From the NCBI GenBank assembly GCA_003990765.1, contig RBNJ01000142.1, positions 1 to 39,410 on the forward strand: a stretch of DNA of 39,410 nucleotides. Reading direction: 5' to 3'. A model generated the notes under the pieces. It was not told the origin of the DNA. It saw only the letters and a program-made list of their open reading frames with translations, and searched no databases. This stretch comes from Jimgerdemannia flammicorona. Its lineage: Eukaryota. The translations under genes were made by a program, and so were the position numbers. Shown piece after piece: positions 1 to 10,839 of this stretch (the stretch's first letter is position 1; each line of letters begins with the position of its first letter).

Positions 1-859
1 TCCAGTTCTGAGCTCCGTGCCCTCCCAGACCTTGAACCCCACGTCCACAATCTCACCATACTCCTTTATCGCCTCTATGACCACCTCCCTGGTCCTTTCC
101 TTCGACACCGTAGGGAGGTCCAACACCATCAACTGCACCACCCGGGGGTCCCAGCGCATACACCGAGCCATAGGGACCACAACCCCGCCAACCATCACCC
201 CCTTTTCCATGGCTGCCAACAAGGCATCTTCCTCCTCGAACCCCACTTCAACCCCTTCCTTCCCCCTCAAAAACTTCACCAACGCTGCTCCCCTAGCCTC
301 CTGCGCCACCAGCCCCAAAATCATCCTCGCCGTCACAGCCAAGCCCCGGAAGCACATTGTGACCGCGAATTCTGACCTCGACTTTGAGTAACGGGGCCGA
401 CACCATGCCCATCACCCCATCTGCCAGGTCCCCGGGCCTCATGCCCACTCTAAGTCCCAAATTGCCAACCGCCGTCACATCTGGATTTTTTGCCAGATCC
501 CCAGTCACAGCCCCATCAACCGTCACATCTCCAGCCCCTACTCCGGCCTCTACCCTACCACCAGAAGCACCCTGGGGTGCACCTCCTTGACCCCCGGTAG
601 TAGCCATCGATGCCTTCCCCAGGCCCAGCCAACTATCCAGCCCAGAAGCCATCGCCCCCATCCTGACCTTGTCAGCAAAGGTCGTCCTCTCCCCTCCTCT
701 CTGCCTCAGACCTCCCCTCCCTCCGCCGCTGGGGCCCCGGCTAGCCATCGAGGCCCCTGGCATCCCCAAACCATCTCCCCTCCTCCCCACCTGCTGCCAG
801 CCAAAGGCGCCGCCACCCCCCTGGCTAGTATGCTCACCAGATCGATCGTTGCCATCCAT
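1..859 (-). pseudogene. LINE ORF1-like protein with one frameshift near 390-412
   Basis: Gly-rich N-terminus with TFADKV. A second frame is open from ~410 to base 1: ...GVEVGFEEEDALLAAMEKGVMVGG...VVQLMVLDLPTVSKERTREVVIEAIKEYGEIVDVGFKVWEGTELRTG, resembling the RRM-like core of L1/Tx1-clade ORF1. Confidence 0.65.
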
Positions 860-943
860 GTTATTAGTCGTTGGACACCAAAAACATTGTAGAAAGTGTT
901 GTCTGAGTCTTGTGTAACCTGAATGTTACCAGAGAAAGATGTG
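1..943 (-). mobile_element. 5' end of a non-LTR retrotransposon (L1/Tx1-like LINE) inserted into the 3' LTR of Gypsy element A; continues off the left edge
   Basis: GC- and CpG-rich block abutting element A LTR homology at 944; ~85-nt leader before ATG 859; ORF1-like translation. Confidence 0.7.
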
Positions 944-1697
944 TGAAGGATAGAATGTCAGAAGTCTTCTACTTCATCACTATTGAGGGTGATAGTGGAC
1001 TGGGCTTCTGTAGCTACCCTGGTTTCTAGTACATTGATATAGCAGGATAATAGGTCTCTGAAGTCTGAGACTCTAACATACTCTAAGTTGGAGATTAACT
1101 ATGATGCATGCCTGAAGATCTGATAGATCTTCTTAACTATCTTTGTTTCACATATATCCATGAGAGTGGCATCTTATAGCTCTTGAGTGCTGGCTTGTAG
1201 AAACTCCTGGCAGAAGAGATTTCTTATTTTGTACATACTCCTGCTATATTTGGAGGCATTCAGTAGCAATAGTGATCCTTGTTTTCATTTCACAGTAGTA
1301 GAGAATATAGTGATAAGGGTTACCAGTACCCAGGTTGATACTAGGAGTCCTTCTTGAGCAGGTCCTTATGACTCTTCTGATATCTTGGAACATCCTTTCT
1401 TCGACCAAGGTGCCTTGGTGGTTTCTTGATCCTGAGGTTTAGCAGGCAGCAGGCATTTCATTTGTAGTGAGTCTTTGAGCTATTTTGGGATTGGTGGGTC
1501 TTATTAGTTACTGCTACTACAGTTCCTTGATCCTTCTTTTATATTCCTCAAAATACTATACTGTGGTCATAATGACTTACAGTTGGTCATCATTACTCAT
1601 CTCGTATACTGTATAATTTTCTTGTACTCTGATCTAGTAGCTTGCAAGAAAAGACTGTCTCCTGTGCTGATGTCATCATTCTGAGGTCACTATTATA
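944..1697 (-). repeat. 3' LTR of element A, truncated by the LINE
   Basis: Aligns with ~9916-10665; terminal TTACA decayed to TTATA; followed by PPT. Confidence 0.9.
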
Positions 1698-1707
1698 TCT
1701 TCCTCCT
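1698..1707 (-). other. Polypurine tract of element A
   Basis: AGGAGGAAGA on the minus strand directly abutting the 3' LTR. Confidence 0.8.
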
Positions 1708-2901
1708 GAATAAGGATCTTCTCAAGTGTCCTTATTCATTGGTCCAGTCCTGAAAAATTTACTGATCCCATAACCTCTGGCAAGGGGTCGAAAAGTGGTA
1801 TTTATGGGCTGATATCTTCCTCTTGTATTTTGGCATAATAGTGAAGGATTACTCCCTTCATATAGAGTAAGGGCCTGATTCTGATCTTGACCAATCAGTT
1901 GATGGTTCAAACTTCTCTAGCTTTGAAAGTCTCATAGATGAGTAGTTGCTGATGCCATATCTCTTAGAGAATGGTCCAGATAGATAGCCTACTGGTCATG
2001 GAACATGCTGTTACGATTCACAGACTAGAACCTCATGGGTGGTCATCACATTTTGCTTCTTTTGTATAGATTCATGGTACTTCTTGAGTCTGTTCCTATG
2101 TACTATGGTAGACAGTATGGTTTCTGAGATTTTTCTAAGTCAGAAGATAGTTTTCTTGATATCTTGTATATAGAAGAGTCCTTCCCATTTGGGCTTCAGT
2201 TTTTGCAACCATGAGGCTTCTACCATATTTTGATACAGTAGAACCTTTTCTCCAATTTGGATGGGTTCTAGGGTCTTGTAATTCTTTTCTGCATTCTTCC
2301 TTGTCAGTGCTTGTAACTTGGTGATATAATCTTCAGCCTTCTTCCTGATTTGGTGTAGTCTCCAGATTTCTGCATCAACCCATCTCCAAGTTAGGTCTAG
2401 ATTTGTGGCTGAGGTTCCATCAGAATCTTCTTCTCTGAAGAGCAGCTCTCTTGGAGTAAAGTGTGTGCTCTGTGACCATATATCTCATAGGATAGAGAGG
2501 GCAGTTGGGAGATAGTTATCTCAATTCTCATATGTCTCTGAGATCTTCACTAGGATGTTCTTAAGGGTCTTGTTAGTTCTCTCTATCTATTCATTTTCTT
2601 GAGGGTGGTATGCTGTAAGCACACAATCTCCAAGCCACCAAAATTACATGTCACCCTCTGAACAAGCCACTGAAATTACACGCAACCTCTGAACAAATCT
2701 GGAAATCACCTGCTTGATCACGAAGCTGAGTCAAACCGAAGTCACAGTGCACAAAGCTGAGTCAATACAAAGTCATGGAATACAAGATTTACACAAACGG
2801 AATCTTACCAATCAGGACCAAATGCATATATACTGAGCACTGAGATGCATCAAATCAGAGAACCAAAACAAATAACAACTACAACTTCCAAATACACAAA
2901 T

Positions 2902-3998
2902 ATGACCACTGAGATCTACAACCATATCTGTACTGACATTTGGAATGCCATTGTCAACCGAGCCACACCCCCTCTGCCCCTTATGAATATCCATAGCCTG
3001 ACACCCCTCTACTTCATGGAAGCCCGATGGAATGCCTGAACATACTTAGTGAGGTCCACCGAATCAGACAAATCTCAAGCTACTACTAGATTGGCCGTCT
3101 CCTGGAAGATATGGTTGAACACCACCATGATACAGACATTACCCAGATATCTCAACACCAGAAGCTCATTGCCCACAAATATTGAGAACTCTTCTATGAG
3201 TACAACACCTTTATTCCCTGCCTCCAAGTCACTACTAGCAAAATGGTTGCTACCCTGTCCTATAGCCAAATCGATGACATGATACAAGAACTCAACCACA
3301 AGTACCTCAAATACGTGCAGACCACAGATAGAACCTTCCTGCACCCTGATGACCATATCCTACAAATGCCTCAAGTTGGATACACCATGAAGGACATCTA
3401 TGATATAATCCACTTTGATGAAGATGAAGCAGAAGACAATGATCCCTCTGATGCCAACATGACCTCTAGCCAAGGATCTCTGCCAACCTTGATCACACCA
3501 CCAAACTTGCTGATGAACTTGCAACAGTTCATAACTGTATACGAGACTTATTGGGACAATGACCACTGGCACAAATACCAACCTGCATTCACCCCCGACT
3601 ACTTCAACTACAATGAGGAGACTGGAGAACACAACCTGTACCTCCAGACAACCATCGAGATTGAACCAACCACTCCACTACCTGAGTATGAGCGATATGA
3701 ACCACAGCCACCAACTTACTACAATCCTGCAACTCATAGTACTGTAACCTATAGAAGGTATGCAGACAGTGAATCTGATGAAAGTGAAGACAACACACCC
3801 ATCCTTCATCCACCAATACCTTATCCAGTCTACAAGACAGACGATGCTATCCTGTGGGATGGAGACGAAGTTCCAATGTACTATTACCTCAGCGAACAAG
3901 GAGAAGTAATCCGCAAACCATTATTTCTAGATGACTACTTCATCAGAGATGATACAATCGATGGTGATGTCATCGAAGACTACTTAGACAGCACCTAA
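2902..3998 (+). pseudogene. LTR (U3)-encoded protein of unknown function, about 365 aa when reconstructed; last 251 aa still open (3243-3998)
   Basis: ATG 2902. One 1-nt deletion near 3036 and a TAG are both repaired by the paralogous copy in solo LTR D; one TGA is probably from CGA. Acidic, Tyr/Pro-rich C-half. Confidence 0.75.
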
Positions 3999-4187
3999 AT
4001 TCATAAATAGCCTAGCAGTCATAGTATAGTTAGATTAGCTTTGTACGATGTGACTGTGAACTAACTCAGCAGTCAGACAATCTCTTGACATGTCAGATCA
4101 CACTTGTACTATGTGACTGCATTCTGACTCAGCAAGGCACTTAGTGCTACATCCATATTCAGCATAGTCCAGATAGCCCCTCACTAG

Positions 4188-4195
4188 TATAAATA
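4188..4195 (+). promoter_or_regulatory. LTR TATA box
   Basis: TATAAATA followed by a pyrimidine-rich tract; same motif in D (~16139), B LTRs (18142-18149, 23035-23042, minus) and the A LTR (9338-9345, minus). Confidence 0.65.
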
Positions 4196-5019
4196 CCCCC
4201 TCCCCCAGACCTCAGAATCTCAGACTCGAACACACCAGAACATTCCTGAATACTTCCCCACAATATCCCTTCCAGAACTATGTAAAGGTTACCCTAAAAA
4301 GTAACCCTCTTACATATGCAGTGGTCTTGATATGCTGGATCTTGTATTTTTGATATATTATCTCATGGAATCTATTGACAAATTCTGTGCTATGGTCTGT
4401 TGTGATTTGCTTCAGTGTTTTGTAGTAGCAGATAATTTCTCAGTATAGGAAGTCAGCTATAGAGAGTACATTGACTTCTTGTAATGCTCCTGCCTCTATC
4501 TATTTAGTGAAGAGGTCTACAATAACTATAATATAGTAGTTTCCTGATAGTATTACTGGTAGTGGCCCAATAATATCTATTGCAATGTGGTAGAAGGGGA
4601 TAGGCTCAATTCTTGATGACCCGGGTGCCTGGTCTTGTTGATTTTGTTTCTGTTTTTAATACTTGTCACACTCTTTGACAAATTGGCATAGGTCTTCTTC
4701 CATCTTGGGCCACTACATGGTTCTTCTTGTCTTATCATATATGTTGGTTCCTCCTAGGTATTCTTGCTTATATACTTCTTTTATTATTTGATACTTCTTG
4801 TATTTGGGTATTACTAGCTTTCCTCCTTTTCTGAGTATAGTGTTGTCTAGTTCAAACTATTTCCAAGTCCAGTTGATAATGGTGATTATTCAGGGTTCGA
4901 GGTGGTTGGGTATCTTCTGCTGCCCAAGATAGCTGATTAATCCATAGTATAGCTCTTTATTCATATTGAATAGTCTTGATGGGGGTGTTTCAGGGTATTC
5001 TTGAGAGTGCATCAGTGTT

Positions 5020-6300
5020 GATATTGGTTCTTCCTGAGTGGTACTTGATTGTACAGTCATACTCTTGCAGTCTGTAGATCCATCTGGCATATACATATTT
5101 CTTTGGAGTTCATAGTGTGGAATAGCCAGGCAAGAGCAGAATGGTCTGTTTGAATAGTGAAGTATTTCCCAGCTAGGTAGTAGTGGAACTTATCTACTGT
5201 CCAAACTACTGCTAAGCATTCGAGCTTGCATGACTCATAGTTCTGTTCTGCTTCATGGGTATCTTGACTTACATAGGAGATAATATATTCATATCCATCT
5301 TTCTTCTGAGCTAGGACTGCTCTAAGTCCTATAGCACTTACATCTGTCTGCAGGATGAATTCTAGGTTCCAATCTGGTTTTCTGAGGATAGGTGCTTGGG
5401 TCAATCTGGTCTTGAGTTCATTGAAGGTTTCTTGGTACTCCTTGGTCCATTTAAATTTAGTTTTCTTCTTCAGTAGCTCATAGATAGGTACTGCAATATT
5501 AGAGTATCCTTTGATGAACCTTCTGTAGTAGCTGGCCAGTCCAAGGAAGGCATAGACTTCTGTGGTTGTTCTGGGTCTCAGGTAGGCTGCAACAGTCTCA
5601 ATCTTCATGGGGTCTGTGTGGATTCCAGTCTGATTGATGAAGTGTCCTAGATAGGTGATTTTCTGAGCTGCAAACTTGCATTTCTTGGGCTTGATATAGA
5701 GGCCATGCTCCTTGAGCTTCTTGAGGGCTAGCTATATGTAATTGATATGTTCCCATACAGTGTTGCTGAAGATAATCATATTATCAACATAGACAAAGAG
5801 CTATTTTCCAATCTTATTGCTGAAGACTCTGTTCATCATTCGCTGAAAACTTACTGGGGCATTGTACATTCCAAATGGTATTCACAGGTAGATATAGGTG
5901 GCATCAGGTATGATGAAGGCTGATTTCTCACTGGTATCTTGTATGAGACCAATCTGATAGAAGCCTGAGAACAGATCCAAGGTAGTGTAGTATTTGGCTT
6001 TACTTCTAAGAGTAGTAAGGATTTCTTGAATATTTGGCAAGAGCTATCTATCTTTCTTGGTGATGGCATTGAGCTTCCTGTAGTCAATGCAGAGTCTTGG
6101 TGCAAACTCTTCAGGCTTGCTTCCTTTCTTTGGGGCAAGGACAATGAGTGAAGCCCAGGAACTGATAGCTTGCTTGATGATTCCAGCTTCTTCCATTTCC
6201 TTGAGTTCTGCTTGCAACCATTCTCTGTAGACAGGTGATATGGGTCTGGCTTTCTGGTAGATGGGCTTGGTATCACCAGTGTCAACTTTATGGTAGTACT
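5020..6300 (-). pseudogene. Reverse transcriptase and RNase H of element A
   Basis: VLAPKK...PRLCIDYRKLNAITKKD; VYVDNMIIF (decayed YVDD); FLGLASYYRRFIKGYS; FILQTDVSAIGLRAVLAQ; LECLAVVW; TDHSALAWL. Confidence 0.95.
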
Positions 6301-6481
6301 TGGGTTCTTGATTGTAGATATCCCTAAAGTCTGTAGTGAGTACTCCTTTGTTCTAGTGCAGAATCTTGAGAAGTTGTTCTTCTAGAGGAAAGTTTTCTCC
6401 AATGATATATGTGTGCTTGTTCTGGTCCTTATCTTTCTTGTACTCAAGTTTAGTAATCTTGATAGCAGTATAGGCTCCTCT

Positions 6482-6893
6482 TCCAGTAGATCCAAAGCCT
6501 TGTTCTTCTCTTTTAATCTTGATGAGTTTGATGGCTTCTATGATCTTGGGCTTCTTGACTTCATAGATCAGCATCTGGCTAATCCTGTCATACTTCTTGA
6601 TTTCAAATAGAGTGGTGGAGTTGTGATTCCTGACTATGAGAAAGATCTCATCAGTGTAATCAGAGTCAATTACTCCTCCTTTAACTGAGATTTCGCTTTT
6701 GGCCAGACTGCTCCTGGTCTTGATAATTCCAGTATGATTCTCTGGCAGCTTGACTCCAATTCCAGTGCCAAGTAGGGTAGTGGTCTGTGGTTCAAGGGTA
6801 GCATCTTGAATGCTAGCAAGGTCCATTCCTATGGCTCCTTCAGTCTTGTATTCTGGGATCTTGGCTTCGGGGTAAAACTTCTTGATCTTGAGG
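6482..6893 (-). pseudogene. dUTPase domain between protease and RT in element A
   Basis: Motifs GAIGMDL, KTRSSLAK, GGVIDSDYTDEI, DRISQM, QGFGSTG. Confidence 0.95.
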
Positions 6894-7289
6894 GTGATGT
6901 CTGATTCTTATTCCTCCTCATCATCACTATCAGCCTGAAGCTCTGGGGGCTAGTCATCTTCTTCAGCTTTTCATTTTGCTTTAGTAGCTTCTTGCTCATA
7001 TTTCTGATGGCAGATTTTCCTGACTTCACTGATATAGGACCAGCAGTCATTCAGGTGTTCAGAGCAGTACATCCTAGTACCATGGAGGTATCTTCCTTGA
7101 GGGGTATAGCCATTGATGATCTTGCTGTACCACTGCTCATCTGTAAGCTTGGGTGTCTTATTCTTATTCTTATTTACTGAGTACATGAAGACTTCTGTAT
7201 CCTCTTCATCTCCTTCCTCCATGTCTAGTAGGACTCCTTTGTGAACATTGATAGAGACTTGTACCTTTCTTCCTCTATAGTTGATCTGC

Positions 7290-7610
7290 ATCTTCTGGGC
7301 ATTGAGGTCAATGATGGCCTTGGCCTTATGAAGCCATTGGTTGCCAATGAGGATATCATAGTTGGTGGCACTTGTAACAATTACATCTACTGGGATAGTA
7401 GCTTCTTCTATCTTTATGGGGACTTCTCAGATTTTGCCAAGGGGGGTAGCTTGTGTACCATCTACTGTGATACAGACCATCTTGGTAGACTCTTCAATGT
7501 CCCAGCCTAGGCAGTCAATTGCCTTCTTGCTTATAAGACATCCTCCAGCACCAGTATCAATGATAGCATCAAAGATACAGTCTTCAATCTGACATGGGGT
7601 ATAGGCTGAT
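7290..7610 (-). pseudogene. Aspartic protease of element A
   Basis: DAIIDTGAGGCLIS catalytic motif; downstream DILI-GNQWL-like segment (frameshifted). Confidence 0.85.
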
Positions 7611-8179
7611 GTCTTGTGCTGATCTTCAGATTCTTCACCTGAGTTCTCAGATTCTTCCTGTGCATTGTGAGCTTCTACAATCTTGTACTCTTGATTCTTG
7701 GTGGTAGTTGTAAGTCCTACTCTCAACTACTGTCTAAAGGTAGGAACTTTAGCTAGCTGTCCAAAGGTAGCATTGACCTTCTATTCCTTGAGGTCCTTGT
7801 AGATATCATACTGATGGATCTTGGTCTTGCACAGCTTCTGTTCCTTCTTGCTTTCATTTTCTCCTGAGACTGGAGTAGTACCTTCTATGATTTGGTAGGC
7901 AGCTTCATCTAACTCTATATCTTGATCAATCTCCTCAGATTGAGTCTTTCTTTGAATGGTGACAGCAGGGGTCTTCTTTGGTCTTCCAACTGGCTTACTG
8001 TTGCTCTTCTTGTCATAGGGCTTGGACCAGGTTCTGGTACCTTCAGTAGCAGGGTAGAATTCAAGCTCCTCATAATATTCTTCATCATCAGTGTCACCAA
8101 TCTCCTTGATGACTACTGCATTGGTTTGTTCTCTGGTTCTGCTAGCATTGCTTGGTTGGGCTTTGTGTCTTGTTTTGGT

Positions 8180-8986
8180 TATGCAATTCTTTGCATAGTG
8201 GCCTTCTTCTCCACATCTGAAGCATGTGATATTGTATTCTTCTGTAGTAGCTGCAAATCTCTGCACTGGTCTCCTGTTGGCACTTCAGACTTCTCTAACA
8301 ATATCACTAAGGTATGTAGTCATCTTGGTGAACTGCTTGATAAGTTCTTCTACTGGATCAGCTTTGGCTGTCTTGGGGGTAGATGGGGATGGTTATCTGT
8401 TTACAACTATGGTAGGTATGATACTAGTTGGTTTTGATGGCTCCATCTTGATGCCAGTTATTTTCTCTATTGAGTGTTCGGCAGGGTGTCTGGCTGTCCA
8501 ATATCTCTGTATAAAGACTACTTTCTGATCAAGGGTCAGTGCAGCTGAAATAGATCAGATTGCTAGGGCAATTTTAGGGTGAACTCTTTTGAGGAAGGTT
8601 GAATCTGCTATTTGTTCCTTGAGGCAGTCATCATAACCAGCCAAGACAATCTGATGGCAGATTCAGGTATAGAATAAGTTGGGATCTTCACTAAGTCTCT
8701 GATAGATAGTATTGAGTTGATCCTTGAGAGCTTGCTTAATCTCTTCAGTATAGTATGTTGTTCTGAGGAAGGCCTTCATATTGGTAAGTTTGGCTGCATC
8801 ATTATCAGCAATAGTAGCTACATTGAACTTATCTCTAGTAGATCCTCTGAGGCTGACTGGTAAAAGGGCCAATTATATATCCATACCAAGGGCTCATATA
8901 GTGGCAAATTGTTCAAAGTCTTCAATGAAGGTCAGGATTGACTCTTCAGTAGTATATCTATAGAATGTGGGGGGATATATTTCCAT
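8180..8986 (-). pseudogene. Gag of element A with CCHC zinc knuckle
   Basis: MEIYPPTF...FIEDFEQFA; LLPVSLRGSTRDKF; CFRCGEEGHYAKNC at ~8185-8226. Confidence 0.85.
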
Positions 8987-9086
8987 TTTGTCTTGAATAC
9001 TTGCAGGGGTGACTCTTGTAGTCAGGGTAGTTATTGTGGAAATTGTTTGTTTTTTAGCTTGAAAGTGAGGAATTCATCTTAAATTA

Positions 9087-9103
9087 TCAGCCAATAGGTA
9101 CCA
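9087..9103 (-). other. Putative primer-binding site of element A
   Basis: LTR end ...TGACA, spacer ACT, then TGGTACCTATTGGCTGA; same 3-nt spacer as in element B. tRNA not identified. Confidence 0.55.
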
Positions 9104-9106
9104 AGT

Positions 9107-10665
9107 TGTCATGTAGTAGTCACTGAGTTCTTCAAATATACCAGATTCTCTTCAAGATGTATCTCTTAGACTAACTCAAGTTTGTTATAAGCAAGTTCTT
9201 ATTGGAGTGCCTTTCCAAGGTCTTATAGTCCTCAAACTTCTTATTTTTAACTATCTTGTTATCTCTTAGATTGCTTGCAAGGAAGTGTGTGTATTACACT
9301 GAGAAGACTGACTTTATTTCAGAGGAAATAAGAGGGATATTTATACAAAATATAATTCAATGATTGCTAAGATATAAAACTAAATATAAATTCCAATAAC
9401 TAAAATAAAATACCAGAATAGGAAAAACTACTAAGTTCCAGGGTCAGCACTGATAGTTGTACAGGTTTAGGATGCTGATATAATTCAGTGTCACATCAGA
9501 ATACTGGTGCTGGTATTATTCAGTGTCACATTAAATACCAGTACTGAAACAATTTTGCATCACCTCAGAATATCAGTACTGATATTATTCCATATTATAA
9601 GAGACTTAGAGCAGAATTTTCAGAATTATGGGGGCTTCATCCTCATCATCAGAGGTCAGGATATCTTCAAAGGAGATGAGGTCTGTGAACATCTCGTCAA
9701 GGTCACATAGGTCACATGGGATGATGTCATCACTGATGACATCATCACATTCAATGGTGGGAAAATTGGAAACAAGAAGATCTGGAGCTCTCCAGTCTAT
9801 AAAGTTCTCTTCCACAAAATAGGGAACAAATATGGGGTCTTGAGGAGGTCTAACCTAGATGCTTGGGTCTTGGAATACTGAGATCAATCCTTACAGGAAT
9901 TGGTCTGGGTTATCCTGAAGAATAGGATGCCAGAAGTCTTCTACTTTATCACTATTAAGGGTAATAGTGGACTGAGCTTCTGTAGCCACCCTGGCTTCTA
10001 GTGTATTGATATGGTGAGATGACAGGTCTCTGAAGTCTGAGACTCTAACATACTCCAAGTTGGGGATCAACTATGGTACATATCTGAAGATCTGATGGAT
10101 CTTCTTAACTGTCCTTATTTCACATATATCTATGGAAGTGGTATCTTGTAGCTCTTGAGTACTAGTCTGTGGGAACTCCCAGTAGAGGAGGTTTCCTATT
10201 TCATACTCCTGCCATATTTGGAGGCATTTGGTAGTAATGGTGATCCTTATTTCTATTTCATAGTAGTAGAGGATATAGTGATAAGGGTCACCAGTACCCA
10301 GGTTGACACTAGGAGTCCTTCTTGAGCAGGTCCTCATGGCTCTTCTGATGTCTTGGAACATCCTTTCTTTGACTAAGATACCTTAGTAGTTCCTTAATCC
10401 TGAAATTTAGCAGGCAGCAGGCATTTCATTTGTAGTGAGTCTTTGAGCTATTTTGGGATTGGTGGGTCTTGTTGGTTACTGCTACTGCAGTTCCTTGATC
10501 CTTCTTTTATATTCCTCAAGATACTATACTGTGGTCACAATGACTCACAGTTGGTCATTATTGCTCATCTTATATACTGTATAATCTTCTTGTACTCTGA
10601 TCTGGTAGCTTGCAAAGAAAGACTGTCTTCTGTGCTGATGTTATCATTCTGAGATCACTATTACA
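9107..10665 (-). repeat. 5' LTR of element A (~1.56 kb)
   Basis: TGT...ACA termini; TATA at 9338-9345; ~36-bp tandem repeats at ~9470-9600; matches 944-1697. Confidence 0.85.
9606..10361 (-). pseudogene. LTR (U3)-encoded protein of element A, 251 codons with three in-frame TAG/TAA stops
   Basis: Track ORFs 10071-10361 and 9606-9815 are in the same frame (offset 546 nt) and join through stops compatible with CAR>TAR; shares a motif with the LTR C ORF. Confidence 0.7.
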
Positions 10666-10839
10666 ATATACTACTACTTATAATTAGCAAGATACTAAAT
10701 CAGATTTATTAATCTATATCTTAAGAATGTACTTATACTCATCTAATATATCTGTGTCTATCAGATATATCTGTACTTAGTGAACACACCTGATCACTCT
10801 CTCTCTTCTCAAAATAATATTACTATATATTCTATAGTT

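Larger units (their letters stand above)
2614..4314 (+). mobile_element. Solo LTR C (1,701 bp), same terminus family as element B LTRs
   Basis: TGTAAGCACAC...CCCTCTTACA termini; 5-bp TSD TATGC at 2609-2613 and 4315-4319; TATAAATA at 4188-4195. Confidence 0.95.
2060..4800 (-). pseudogene. Gypsy integrase of element A, split by solo LTR C
   Basis: PFYHIAIDIIGPLP, VDLFTK, TTA|YHPQEN.*IERTNKTLK reconstituted across the insertion; C-terminal KLKPKWEG and VHRNRLKKY; no chromodomain seen. Confidence 0.9.
944..10665 (-). mobile_element. Ty3/Gypsy LTR retrotransposon A (decayed), order gag-CCHC-PR-dUTPase-RT-RNaseH-IN
   Basis: Direct repeats 944-1697 and ~9916-10665; PPT and PBS in the expected places; recognisable pol motifs with many stop codons; interrupted by solo LTR C. 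Confidence 0.95.

Noticed and set aside
17-917. Plus-strand Pro/Ser/Thr-rich ORFs
   Set aside because: Antisense shadows of the G-rich LINE ORF1.
1710-2010. Possible extra ORF (env-like) between A integrase and PPT
   Set aside because: Only ~100 codons with several stops, no TM segment or motif, and no second copy to reconstruct from.
4287-4306. GGTTAC-N8-GTAACC hairpin as a terminator
   Set aside because: It is a short inverted repeat at the U5 end of the LTR family, an ordinary retroelement cis feature at most.
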